This document shows, in pieces, positions 16,844-26,896 of a stretch of 44,509 nucleotides of DNA (position 1 is its first letter; each line of letters starts with the position of its first letter). The position numbers and the translations under genes were made by a program. The notes under the pieces are model-generated. The model saw nothing but the letters and a program-made list of their open reading frames with translations. It searched no databases and was not told where the DNA came from. Origin of the DNA: Escherichia phage JSSK01; sequence record OQ442786. One strand, given 5' to 3'.

Positions 16844-16951
16844 GTAATGTGATAGAATAATTTTGCGCCTAGTGTCGCACACGAAAAGTGGGTGGTTCCC
16901 GTCTGGCGCATTTACCGTTAACCTGAAACCTCTTAACCAAAGGATTAAAGA

Positions 16952-17371
16952 ATGAAACTTTCTGATTTTTATTTCGAAGAGAAAGCACTGGTAGGCAAGA
17001 AGATGCCGATTCTGCTACCAAACGGCGAAGACTCTGGCGAGTGGCTTAATGTTGTAAGCCCGGATGCAGATGCTGCCGTTAAAGCGGGGCGTGCTTTCAT
17101 TATCGCGTACCGTCGCGGGTTGGCGCGTTTTGAAGAACTGGAAAAGGCCGCCAAAGAATCTGGCGACTATACTGAATATAACCTGGCGGTTAACGAACTG
17201 GCGGAAGACCTGAACCGACAACTCGCGGCAGAAGTCGTAAACGGCTGGAGCTTTGACGACGAGCCTTTCTCTAAGGAAGCATTTAACAAATTGCTAGACC
17301 AGTTCAAAGGGCTTGGAACACAAGTAGCGGCGTTTCATAACGCTGAACGTAAAGCATTACAGGAAAAGTAG
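16952..17371 (+). CDS. tail assembly chaperone (G-like)
   Basis: 139-aa acidic ORF immediately upstream of tape measure; AGGA SD. Confidence 0.65.
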   Translation: MKLSDFYFEEKALVGKKMPILLPNGEDSGEWLNVVSPDADAAVKAGRAFIIAYRRGLARFEELEKAAKESGDYTEYNLAVNELAEDLNRQLAAEVVNGWSFDDEPFSKEAFNKLLDQFKGLGTQVAAFHNAERKALQEK

Positions 17372-17736
17372 ACGCGCTGTACAGGTTCGCCACCTATGAG
17401 TTCGTTGATAAGCATAAAATCAGAGAGTTTGATTCTATAGCTGACGGACACGAACAGGCGCTTATCGCGATGGGTGTAATCGATAAGAAAAAACGTGCAG
17501 CGCGACGGGGTGGGCCAGAATGCCCGCCCCTTTTTATATCCACCTTTGAGACGTATTGCGACATTAAGTTTACGCGACACGTGCGCGAGGACGCTGTAGT
17601 ATTGTTTGCAAGAGAATCCGTTACGTGGCAAGACCTGAAAGCCTATCTCGATGTTACGCAAAAACAGCTTAGTCTGTTCGAGATAGACATTATCATGGGC
17701 TTAGAAGCAATCTTTGAAGGTAGAAATCATGGCTGA
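17353..17736 (+). CDS. tail assembly chaperone frameshift extension (GT-like, -1 frame)
   Basis: -1 frame is open from ~17353 to 17736 and overlaps the tape measure start; joins the G frame at AGGAAAAG just before its UAG. Confidence 0.5.
   Translation, partial: SITGKVDALYRFATYEFVDKHKIREFDSIADGHEQALIAMGVIDKKKRAARRGGPECPPLFISTFETYCDIKFTRHVREDAVVLFARESVTWQDLKAYLDVTQKQLSLFEIDIIMGLEAIFEGRNHG
17362..17371 (+). other. putative -1 programmed ribosomal frameshift site (A-GGA-AAA-G then UAG)
   Basis: Lys codon AAG preceded by A-run directly before the stop; analogous to lambda G/GT. Confidence 0.4.
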
Positions 17737-20002
17737 TACCGCTAGCTTGATAGTACGAGTATCATCGACCGGCGTCGATAAAACCACATCACAACTGAAC
17801 GGGCTTACCAAAGCCGCAGGTGCTGCCGCGGCTGCCGTTGTCAGTCTGGAAACCGCAAAACAGGTGTTCAGTGCGCTGGTGGACTCTCAGCGCAACTTCG
17901 ATAAGCTGAACTCCGGCCTCATCACAATGACCGGGAGCGCCGAGAATGCGGCTAAGGCTTTCAGCGTCCTGCAACAGTTCGCAAAAGAGACTCCATACGG
18001 GCTTAACCAGGCGGTTGAGGGCTTCACTAAACTTGTAGCCCTCGGCCTGAACCCCAGCAAAGAGGCGTTAATCTCCTACGGCAATACCGCCGCGGCGATG
18101 GGTAAAGACCTTAATCAGATGATTGAGGCCGTGGCGGACGCCAGTACATTTGAGTTTGAGCGACTGAAAGAGTTTGGTATCAAGTCGTCACAGCAGGCAG
18201 ATACAGTGTCGTTCACGTTCCGCGGCGTTACCACCACGGTTAAAAAGAACTCCGAAGAGATTCAGAAATACCTCCTTAACATCGGCAACACAGATTTCGC
18301 GGGGGCGATGGAGACACGCTCTAAGACGCTAGACGGTCAGTTATCGAGCCTCGCCGACTCCTTCGATGGTCTTGTTCTTGCGGTAGCGCAATCCGGTTTT
18401 GGTGACGCGGTAGGCGAACAAGCGGCAACAGCGGAAGATGCTATTACAGCGCTCACCGACGCTATAGCGTCTAATGAGATAGCCGCCACGCTCCAGGACT
18501 GGACGACACTGTTCAATGAGTCGTTCAAGTTTATTTCTGACGCCTTGAACGACCTGGCATATGACACCGAGGACAAATCCGCGGATATGTCCGACTCGCT
18601 GGGTACTATACCGGATGCTATCCGTGAGTGGCTGCCCGACATCCAGCAGACATTCCACGAGGTTATTGCGTGGTTCCAGCGCATTGACGATTACGCCGTA
18701 GCGTTAGGACAGACCCTTGCCGACGTGTTTGACCCGAGCAAAACTGCAGCGCTCACATTTAAAAACCTGACCGCAGAGGCCGACGCCGCATACGCCGCCA
18801 GCATAAAACGCGCAGAGGCGGAATCACAGGCCATTACAGACAGGTCTAAGCAGCGTAAGAAAGAAATTGAGGAACAGCGCAAGCAGTACGACGAGCGCAA
18901 GAAGCAAGAAATTGACTTAGCCAGCCTTGTTAATAAAAATGGTGGAACTGGCAGCACCGGAAACACCGACGATAAAGCAGCAAAAGCCGCCGCCAAGAAA
19001 GCAGAACAATTGCGGAATCAGGCGCAAGATTACCTCGACACTTTGGCCCGCCAGAACAACGATGAGTTAAAGGCTATCGACGCGCAGGAACAGCAGAAAC
19101 TGGCTAAGGCAAAAGAGTTCTACAGCCAGGGCGCGCTGTCACTGAAAGAATACGAGCAAGCAAAAACGGCTATTGTCCTGGAGGCAGGGCAAAAACGACA
19201 AGATGAACTAGATAAACGCCAGAAAGAAGCCCAGGAAAAGCAACAGAAAGGCGACGACTTCATGGCTCAGATTATGGGTCAGAACGCAACTGAGCTTGAG
19301 CTTCTCGACATCCAGGAACAGCAGAAACTGGCTGTCGCCGATAAGTATCGAGAACAGGGGCTTATTAACGAGGAGCAGTATCAAGCGGCGCTTAACGCTA
19401 TCAATGAGCAATACGCCACAAAACGCGCTGACGCAACGGCAACGGCCTTTGGTAACATGGCCTCAAACATCGGGTCTGCGTTGGGTGAGGCTTCTGGCGC
19501 GTACAAGGCATTCGCTATCGTACAGGCCACCATAGCCACGTACACCGCGGCTATCGAGGCGTACAAGTCCACGGCGGCTATCCCTGTAGTTGGCCCGTTC
19601 CTGGCCCCTGTAGCCGCTGCCGCTGCCGTTGGGGCTGGTATGGCGCAGGTTTCCGCTATCAGGTCCGCGCGTGAGCAGGGCGGTCAGTTATCTGCGGGGC
19701 AGGCTTCCACCATCGCCGAACGCGGTAAACCAGAAGTTATCATGCCGGCTGGCGCATCTCGTGTTCGCACAGCACAGCAGATGAAAGAAATTATGGGGCA
19801 AAACGGGTCTTCTTCCGGCCCGTCTAATGTTACTATCGTAAACAACACGAGTTCTCAAATCGGCAACGTATCCACTGAGCAAGATGATGAAGGCCGTTTG
19901 CGAATCATCATCGAGGAGCAGGTGGCTGCCTCTTTGCAGAACAGCAACAGCAAGATTAGCAAGGCCCGCAAAGCCACAAGAAATGCGCCGGGGTTCAAAT
20001 AA
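17714..20002 (+). CDS. tail tape measure protein
   Basis: 762 aa, longest ORF in tail block; repeated EQQKLA coiled-coil segments; Gly/Ala-rich hydrophobic C-terminal region. Confidence 0.9.
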   Translation: MKVEIMADTASLIVRVSSTGVDKTTSQLNGLTKAAGAAAAAVVSLETAKQVFSALVDSQRNFDKLNSGLITMTGSAENAAKAFSVLQQFAKETPYGLNQAVEGFTKLVALGLNPSKEALISYGNTAAAMGKDLNQMIEAVADASTFEFERLKEFGIKSSQQADTVSFTFRGVTTTVKKNSEEIQKYLLNIGNTDFAGAMETRSKTLDGQLSSLADSFDGLVLAVAQSGFGDAVGEQAATAEDAITALTDAIASNEIAATLQDWTTLFNESFKFISDALNDLAYDTEDKSADMSDSLGTIPDAIREWLPDIQQTFHEVIAWFQRIDDYAVALGQTLADVFDPSKTAALTFKNLTAEADAAYAASIKRAEAESQAITDRSKQRKKEIEEQRKQYDERKKQEIDLASLVNKNGGTGSTGNTDDKAAKAAAKKAEQLRNQAQDYLDTLARQNNDELKAIDAQEQQKLAKAKEFYSQGALSLKEYEQAKTAIVLEAGQKRQDELDKRQKEAQEKQQKGDDFMAQIMGQNATELELLDIQEQQKLAVADKYREQGLINEEQYQAALNAINEQYATKRADATATAFGNMASNIGSALGEASGAYKAFAIVQATIATYTAAIEAYKSTAAIPVVGPFLAPVAAAAAVGAGMAQVSAIRSAREQGGQLSAGQASTIAERGKPEVIMPAGASRVRTAQQMKEIMGQNGSSSGPSNVTIVNNTSSQIGNVSTEQDDEGRLRIIIEEQVAASLQNSNSKISKARKATRNAPGFK

Positions 20003-20505
20003 TGAGCGACTTATATTTCCCACGTAGCCTTAAGCCGATTGTATCGAAAGGCTACTCGACGACCAGACGTAACAACATCTGGAGCGTTGATTTAGCCGGT
20101 GGTGGGGTGCGCCAGGGCCGTGACACGTATTACGACGTGTTCCCTGTAAGCGTAACCCTGATTACATCAGCGCTAGGACGGCAGGCGTTTCTGTCGTTCC
20201 TTGAGAAAGTCGATGGCGGCGCGTCAAGTTTCTGGATGGTGCACGACTTCGGCATGGGTATCGAGGATTATCAGGTAACCATCACGTCCACCATCGCCGA
20301 GTCCACCGAAGACGGGATTAACTGGACGATTACTTTCACGGCAACCGCGGAGAAATCACCGTTCCAGGACCTTGAGAACCAGTGCCTGATTAACAATCTG
20401 CCAGATTTGTACGGTTGCTACGGCGACGGGCTGGGATGTTTCCTTAAAGCCTATGGAACCGCACAATCAACGTTTCCACGAATTTGGGACCCTATGCAAT
20501 CATGA
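20002..20505 (+). CDS. minor tail protein
   Basis: ATGA-coupled to tape measure; position of lambda M/L-like proteins. Confidence 0.55.
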   Translation: MSDLYFPRSLKPIVSKGYSTTRRNNIWSVDLAGGGVRQGRDTYYDVFPVSVTLITSALGRQAFLSFLEKVDGGASSFWMVHDFGMGIEDYQVTITSTIAESTEDGINWTITFTATAEKSPFQDLENQCLINNLPDLYGCYGDGLGCFLKAYGTAQSTFPRIWDPMQS

Positions 20506-21017
20506 GCCAGGAATCAGTAGAAGCAGCCTATCGCCGTAAGCTGGCCTCAAACCCCGACGGCGAGATGGACTATATCACGTTGCAAATCAGCCACCCGTTG
20601 CTGTCAAAGACGTATTATCTTGTGCGCGGGCTGCAGGAACTTACGGCAACACTGGAGACGGGCGAAACTATCACGTTCGAACCTACCCCGATGGAAGCGT
20701 CGGGGGCCGCCAACAACAGTGACATGGACCAGACGACGACGTTTACTTTACCGGATATTCTCAATCAACTTGATGATGAGATGGATAAAATCCCGATGAG
20801 TAACACCGAGTTGCCGAAATTCATCTTCCGCCGTTACGTCGGCACTGACCTGTCTTACCCGGCTGACGGCCCGGTCGTGTACGAGTTACAGGCTATCAAC
20901 CAGGAGAAGGGCGAGTTCTCCGCAGATGTCGGTACACCTATGCTGAACCAACGAAGCACTGGTATACTGATGACACCTAAAGAGATACCGTTATTACGCG
21001 GCCTGTTGACCACATGA
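20484..21017 (+). CDS. minor tail protein
   Basis: overlapping ORF in tail-tip block. Confidence 0.55.
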   Translation: MGPYAIMSQESVEAAYRRKLASNPDGEMDYITLQISHPLLSKTYYLVRGLQELTATLETGETITFEPTPMEASGAANNSDMDQTTTFTLPDILNQLDDEMDKIPMSNTELPKFIFRRYVGTDLSYPADGPVVYELQAINQEKGEFSADVGTPMLNQRSTGILMTPKEIPLLRGLLTT

Positions 21018-21379
21018 ATATTAACGACTACACAGGCATACCTTACGACTTTCGCAAACGCAATTGCTGGCATCACGTGCGCATTGTCCGCGCGGATGCC
21101 GGGTTAGAAACCCCTGCGTTCGACGTTACAAGCCCAACGGCAATTAACGAAGCGTTTGATGAAGGGCACCGCAACACGAAGGGGCTTACAAAAATTGATA
21201 AGCCTGAAAACTTCTGCGCGGTACTTATGGGGTATCGCCGCGGGGGTCGTATCGTGTGGCATGCGGGAGTTTACTTCGACGGGATGGTTAGCCATTGCGA
21301 GCTTGCTTCTCGTCAGGTACGGCTTGACAGGCTGGCGGACCTCAGAGACACGTACACGGAGATTGAATTTTGGCGATAA
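21014..21379 (+). CDS. tail assembly protein (putative, Cys/His motif CWHH...SHCE)
   Basis: 121-aa ORF; position analogous to lambda K; peptidase-like Cys/His residues are tentative. Confidence 0.4.
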   Translation: MNINDYTGIPYDFRKRNCWHHVRIVRADAGLETPAFDVTSPTAINEAFDEGHRNTKGLTKIDKPENFCAVLMGYRRGGRIVWHAGVYFDGMVSHCELASRQVRLDRLADLRDTYTEIEFWR

Positions 21380-23925
21380 TCCTGCACTACACGCGAAACG
21401 CCGATGGCGCTTTCGACCGTACAAAACACGTCGGGACGCCGATGGAGTTTGTCGTTAACCATATCCCTGACGGCGTGCCTGTGCGCGTCTACATCGGTGA
21501 GATTGGTGCTGATACGGATGTAACCGACGACTTCGATGCGCTTAAAGACGAAGACGCCGTGTACCACATTATTGAGGGTGCAGGTAGCGGGGCGCTTGGT
21601 GCTGTTAGTAAGGTGTTTGGTTTTATCCTTAAGCCAATCGCTAAGTTGTTCGGCCTGAACATGTCTGCAAACGCCAACTACACGGCGACTAATAACCAGA
21701 CAACATCACCAAATAACAGCCTCACAGACCGCTCAAACAAGCCGCGTCCTTACGAGCGCTCTTATGACATCTGCGGGACCGTGCAGACAATCCCTAATGA
21801 CCTGATGCAGACGTATAAAGCGTTCGACAGCACCGGTAACTTGCTGGAGTACTCCTTTTATGACGCAGGGCGCGGACATCTGCATATTGCGGCGGATGGC
21901 GTCACAGAAGGCGACACCCTGATAAGCGATATCACAGGTTCCTCTGTTGCCGTGTATGCGCCGTATACGTCACCGAACAACACCACATCTCCGCAACTAC
22001 AAATCGGCGACGTCATTGCCCAGAAACTCTATGTGACATACTCCAACGACGACGTTGACGGTATTGTACTGAAAGCGCCAAACGACATTGGGGCCAACCC
22101 AAGCTCCGGTGGAACCGCCAAACGTATTTCGACCACCGGCTACCTATATGACCCGTCGGGTGACTCTGCTTTTTCTGAGTTTCTTAGTGTTGGTGATGTC
22201 GCAGTGTTGAGCAATTTCGACGTTAAGGACGTCACTAACCTAAACGGCTCGTTTGAGGTTTTATACGTCGACGACTTTGAGGTTCGGTTGTACGTCGGGG
22301 ATATAGGTAACTGGGGTAACCTTAATAACGGAGAGACTTACGCACTTACAGAGCGTTCGGATACGTTTATAGGCCCAAGCAACACCTATGACGTATCTCT
22401 TACGGACTGGTATTACATGGTGCGCGGAGAAGTCGACCGGGTTCTCGCTAACGTTGCCGGGCAGAACGGCCTCTACAAATACGACGGCGGCTATAACCGC
22501 ACCAGCGTAACCGTAGAACTCCAGTACCAGATGATTGACTCTCAGCGTAACCCGTTGAGCGATATTTACACGGTACAGGCTACGATTACTGGTAATAGCA
22601 CGGATTACGTTGGTACGTCTATCTACGGGCAGTTGCCGACCGCGTCTCGTTTCCGCGCCCGTATGCGCCGTATAACGAATTTTGATAAGGACTATGACGG
22701 AACGGTAAGCGACGAGATAACATTCATTAACCTGTATGGGCAGTCTCTGGACACCACTCCACACTACGGCAACCGAACTACCGTACATTGCGCCCGTAAA
22801 CAGACGCCGCGGGCCGCCAGTATCGATAACCCTGAACTGCGCATGATTGCGACCGAGATGTGCTACAAATACCTCGGCAATGGGGTATTCGATACAGTAA
22901 TGACACCGAACACGCAAGCCGTACAATCTCTAATTCGACTGGCGCGCGACCCCGCAGTAGGCAATCTGGAACTGACAACGGCAAACATGGACAAGTTACT
23001 TGCTGTGCAGGAAGAAATTGAGTCCTATTTCGGAAGTGAATTAGCAGGGCAATTCTGCTACACGTTCGACGACTATGACACCACGATGCAGGACATCGTT
23101 CAGACCATAGCGGAAGCCGTGTTCTGTACTGCGTACCGTAAAGGTGCGGATATTATGCTGCGATTCGACCGTCCTGTCGCGGGGCCTGAAATGGTGTTCA
23201 CCCACCGCAGCAAAACTACCGGTACTGAGAAATGGACCCGCACGTTCAACGATTCGACAACCTACGATAGCCTGTCGTTCTCATACATCGACCCGGATAC
23301 TAACGTACAGGAGACGATTTATATCCCGGAGGAACTCGGCGCAAATACCGAGGAATACGAATCGAAGGGCGTGCGCAACTACCAGCAGGCGTACTGGCTT
23401 GCGTGGCGTCGATATCAGCGCAATGCGTTAAGTAAAGTTGTCGTAGAGTTCGAAGCTACCGAAGAGGGGGCACTCGCTACACCGGGCGGCGTAATCAGTG
23501 TCGTTAAAGGCTCGCGTATCGCGCCGCAGGATGGCTATGTTGTTGCCGTTAATGGGCTTACGCTGACACTGTCACAGCCGGTTACGTTTACCCCCGGCGA
23601 TGACCACTCCATCATCCTCAAGAAGCGCGATGGCTCCGTGCAGAGTATTTCTGTTATCAAAGGAAACCACGACCGCGAAGTGATTATGCTCTCCGCGCCG
23701 GAGGAAGCAATATACACGGGGAATAGCGCACTAAAAACTGAGTTTTCATTCGGCAACGAAGCGAGGCATAATGCACAGAAGATAGTTGTTTCTTCAATCG
23801 ACCCGGGCGACGACCGCACGGTCAAGATTACAGGCTACAACTATGATGAAGGTTTCTATAAATACGACGGCGTCGCGCCATACGGCAGCGGTTTCTCCGA
23901 CGGATTCAGCAATGGTTTTAATTAA
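21370..23925 (+). CDS. tail tip / host specificity protein (J-like)
   Basis: 851-aa ORF after the tail assembly genes; TTG start in track, true start uncertain. Confidence 0.65.
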   Translation: MAIILHYTRNADGAFDRTKHVGTPMEFVVNHIPDGVPVRVYIGEIGADTDVTDDFDALKDEDAVYHIIEGAGSGALGAVSKVFGFILKPIAKLFGLNMSANANYTATNNQTTSPNNSLTDRSNKPRPYERSYDICGTVQTIPNDLMQTYKAFDSTGNLLEYSFYDAGRGHLHIAADGVTEGDTLISDITGSSVAVYAPYTSPNNTTSPQLQIGDVIAQKLYVTYSNDDVDGIVLKAPNDIGANPSSGGTAKRISTTGYLYDPSGDSAFSEFLSVGDVAVLSNFDVKDVTNLNGSFEVLYVDDFEVRLYVGDIGNWGNLNNGETYALTERSDTFIGPSNTYDVSLTDWYYMVRGEVDRVLANVAGQNGLYKYDGGYNRTSVTVELQYQMIDSQRNPLSDIYTVQATITGNSTDYVGTSIYGQLPTASRFRARMRRITNFDKDYDGTVSDEITFINLYGQSLDTTPHYGNRTTVHCARKQTPRAASIDNPELRMIATEMCYKYLGNGVFDTVMTPNTQAVQSLIRLARDPAVGNLELTTANMDKLLAVQEEIESYFGSELAGQFCYTFDDYDTTMQDIVQTIAEAVFCTAYRKGADIMLRFDRPVAGPEMVFTHRSKTTGTEKWTRTFNDSTTYDSLSFSYIDPDTNVQETIYIPEELGANTEEYESKGVRNYQQAYWLAWRRYQRNALSKVVVEFEATEEGALATPGGVISVVKGSRIAPQDGYVVAVNGLTLTLSQPVTFTPGDDHSIILKKRDGSVQSISVIKGNHDREVIMLSAPEEAIYTGNSALKTEFSFGNEARHNAQKIVVSSIDPGDDRTVKITGYNYDEGFYKYDGVAPYGSGFSDGFSNGFN

Positions 23926-23937
23926 AGAGGACTCTAT

Positions 23938-26892
23938 ATGTCAAGCGGATGCGGTGACGTTTTAAGCTTGGCGGATTTACAAACCGCCAAGAAACACCAG
24001 ATTTTCGAAGCTGAGGTTATTACTGGTAAATCCGGCGGTGTTGCTACTGGTGCTGATATTGATTACGCGACCAACGCAGTTACAGGGCAGACACAGAAGA
24101 CACTGCCGGCTGTGTTGCGTGACGCAGGTTTTAAACTGGCAGATTTTGATTTCACGTCAGGCGGTACACTATCCGCTAACGACCGAAACACCGCAGTTTT
24201 GTGGCCGTCGTCCTCTGGCGGTGACGGGGATTGGTACTATTGGTTGGGTGCTCTGCCAAAAATTATCCCAGCGTCATCTTCTCCGCAGTCCACCGGTGGC
24301 GTGGCAGATGGGGCGTGGCAACCCGTCGGGTCGGTCGTACTGAGGCAGCAAATATCTAATGTAAACGGTGCAACTCTGTACCCAGATTTACATATGGCGC
24401 GATGGAAGGACGAATACGACCTACGCGCATGGGGCGCCGTGGGCGACGGTGTAACTGATGATACTCAATCTATTTTTAATGTATTAGCAGCTTCTCCCAA
24501 CAATTGGATTATAGACGGCAGGGGTTTGACTTATAAAGTTTCCCAATTACCTGACATTAGTAAATTTAAGAATGCTGCATTCGTTTACGAGCGCGTAGCC
24601 GGGCAACCGCTTACTTATGTAGCTGATGGCTTCTTTAACAGCTCACTAACTAAGGTGACGGATACCCCGTTCTACAACGCATGGACGCAGGATAAAACTT
24701 TCGTCTACGACCATGTTATTTACGCCCCGTTTATGGCGGGCGAACGACATGGCGTTCAAAACTTACATGTAGCTTGGGTTCGCTCTGGTGACGACGGGCA
24801 GACTTGGTCAATGCCTGAGTGGTTGACTCCAATCCATGCCGACTATAACGCCAGTGTTTCTGCAGACAGAGTTAACTACCACTGCATGAGCATGGGTACG
24901 TGCGGCAACCGATTATATGCAGTTATAGAAACCCGCTACTTGTCTAATATGCGGATGAAGAAGGCAGAACTTTGGTCACGCCCGATGCCGTATTTTAGAC
25001 ACCCAACCGGCGGAATAACTATTAGTTCTGGCTCCACTACTGCTACCATTGTTATAGAAAATCATGGCCTAAAAGCAGGAGATGCGGTTAACTTCTCTAA
25101 TACATCGGCAACTGGCGTATCGGGTAATATGACGGTTGCGTCTATAATTAACCGAAATACGTTCACTGTTACGCTCTCAAGCCCTGCGGGTTCCACCATA
25201 AACAATGCGGGGGTTACCTGGAACTTCGCAACGCGATTCTGGGACAGCCCGTGGGAAATTACCGAATTGCCGGGGGTGGCATACTCCACTAACGCTGATT
25301 TGTGTGTCACGGAGACACATAGTTTTGCGGTTATAGATGATACTAACTACACTATCGCTGTCGGCTACCACAACGGCGATGTGTCCCCTCGTCGTCTTGG
25401 CGTCTTGTATTTTAGTAACGTTTATGACAACCCAGGCGTATTCGTTCGTCGCACTGTCGCTCAGGCATACGCTGATAACGCTTCTGAACCGTGCGTGAAA
25501 AGTTATGGAGGTGTGCTCTACCTTACCACACGCGGCACATTACCTACTTCCCCTGGCTCTACACTGGCGATGAGCACCGATTCTGGGCAAAACTGGAGCT
25601 ACTTGCGATTTCCGAACAATGTACATCACTCCAATCTTCCGTTCGCTAAAGTAGGTGACTATCTCTACATCTTTGGTACAGAACGTGCCTTTGGTGAGTG
25701 GGAAGGGGGTGAGCCGGACAGTCGCTATGAAGGTTCGTATCCACGGACCTTTATGTGCAAAGTTAATGTGTCGTCATGGCCTTCATCTTTAGATGATGTT
25801 CAGTGGTTTAATATTACCGACCAAATATACCAGGGCCATATCGTTAACTCTGCAGTCGGCGTCGGCTCTGTCTGTGTTAAAGATGGCTGGTTGTACTATA
25901 TCTTTGGAGGGGAAGACTTCTTCTCTCCCTGGAGCATAGGGGATAACAGTGCGAAGTTATGGTACAAACATGATGGGCACCCGGCTGACTTATATAGCTA
26001 CCGGATAAAGATTGAAGACCACCCGTATGTATCACGTGATTTCAAATACGGAGCAACTCCTAACCGTACAATACCTGTCGCCATGGGGGTAGATGGTGTA
26101 CGCCATGTAGAAGCACCTTTAACGTTTGACAATGATGTAAGCGTGTACTCCCTGCGTGTAACGGGGCTGGAATACGATGGCACACAACAGTCTGCCGTTC
26201 GTGCGCGGTTTGATGGTGATTACGGGCTGATTTCAAAAACAGTCCCGACTAAAACTCCATCTGCTCAACGACTGATTGTTAGTGGCGGTGATGGCGCATC
26301 CAGTTCCGACGGTGCATTGCTGCAGCTGTACGGGTCGAACCATGCAACGCCTAACAGGGCTATTATGTATGCGTCAGGAGGCTTCTACTCATACGACAAT
26401 TTCCTTCCTTACTTAGACTCGCAAGTGTCTTTAGGTTCGGCAGGTAATAGGTGGACTACGGTGTACGCGACCACCGGTACGATAAACACGTCTGACGGTA
26501 CACTTAAGACGAACAAAGAGGAAATTGAGGAACAACTCCTTACCGCGTGGGAAGATATACATGTAATATCTTTTAAGTGGCTTGAAAGCCTAGCAACCAA
26601 AGGTGACACTGCAAGGATACACTTCGGTGTGATAGCCCAAGATGTGCGAGACATATTGGTCAAACATGGGCTTATGGAGAAAGATTCTACCGATTGTAAA
26701 TATGCTTTCTTGTGCTACGACTCAATTGAAGCTGTGTATGATATTGATGAAGATGGACGGACTGTACAAGTATCCCCTCCCGGCGGCAGATGGGGGGTTA
26801 GGGCGGACCAGATGTTCTTCATAGAGATTGCGTATCAGCGTAAGAAGATGCGCGAGTTCGAGAAGAGGCTGGCAGCACTAGAAGATAAATAA
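23938..26892 (+). CDS. tailspike / tail fibre with C-terminal intramolecular chaperone (peptidase S74-like) domain
   Basis: AGAGGA SD; GAVGDGVTDDT motif (~24431-24465); two Asp-box-like motifs SGDDGQTW and STDSGQNW; C-terminal SDGTLKTNKEEIE matches the self-cleavage motif of endosialidase/T5 L-fibre chaperone domains. Confidence 0.8.
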   Translation: MSSGCGDVLSLADLQTAKKHQIFEAEVITGKSGGVATGADIDYATNAVTGQTQKTLPAVLRDAGFKLADFDFTSGGTLSANDRNTAVLWPSSSGGDGDWYYWLGALPKIIPASSSPQSTGGVADGAWQPVGSVVLRQQISNVNGATLYPDLHMARWKDEYDLRAWGAVGDGVTDDTQSIFNVLAASPNNWIIDGRGLTYKVSQLPDISKFKNAAFVYERVAGQPLTYVADGFFNSSLTKVTDTPFYNAWTQDKTFVYDHVIYAPFMAGERHGVQNLHVAWVRSGDDGQTWSMPEWLTPIHADYNASVSADRVNYHCMSMGTCGNRLYAVIETRYLSNMRMKKAELWSRPMPYFRHPTGGITISSGSTTATIVIENHGLKAGDAVNFSNTSATGVSGNMTVASIINRNTFTVTLSSPAGSTINNAGVTWNFATRFWDSPWEITELPGVAYSTNADLCVTETHSFAVIDDTNYTIAVGYHNGDVSPRRLGVLYFSNVYDNPGVFVRRTVAQAYADNASEPCVKSYGGVLYLTTRGTLPTSPGSTLAMSTDSGQNWSYLRFPNNVHHSNLPFAKVGDYLYIFGTERAFGEWEGGEPDSRYEGSYPRTFMCKVNVSSWPSSLDDVQWFNITDQIYQGHIVNSAVGVGSVCVKDGWLYYIFGGEDFFSPWSIGDNSAKLWYKHDGHPADLYSYRIKIEDHPYVSRDFKYGATPNRTIPVAMGVDGVRHVEAPLTFDNDVSVYSLRVTGLEYDGTQQSAVRARFDGDYGLISKTVPTKTPSAQRLIVSGGDGASSSDGALLQLYGSNHATPNRAIMYASGGFYSYDNFLPYLDSQVSLGSAGNRWTTVYATTGTINTSDGTLKTNKEEIEEQLLTAWEDIHVISFKWLESLATKGDTARIHFGVIAQDVRDILVKHGLMEKDSTDCKYAFLCYDSIEAVYDIDEDGRTVQVSPPGGRWGVRADQMFFIEIAYQRKKMREFEKRLAALEDK

Positions 26893-26896
26893 AACT

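Noticed and set aside
22261-22926. 221-aa minus-strand ORF inside the tail-tip gene
   Set aside because: Antisense shadow ORF within the 851-aa tail gene; no independent signals.
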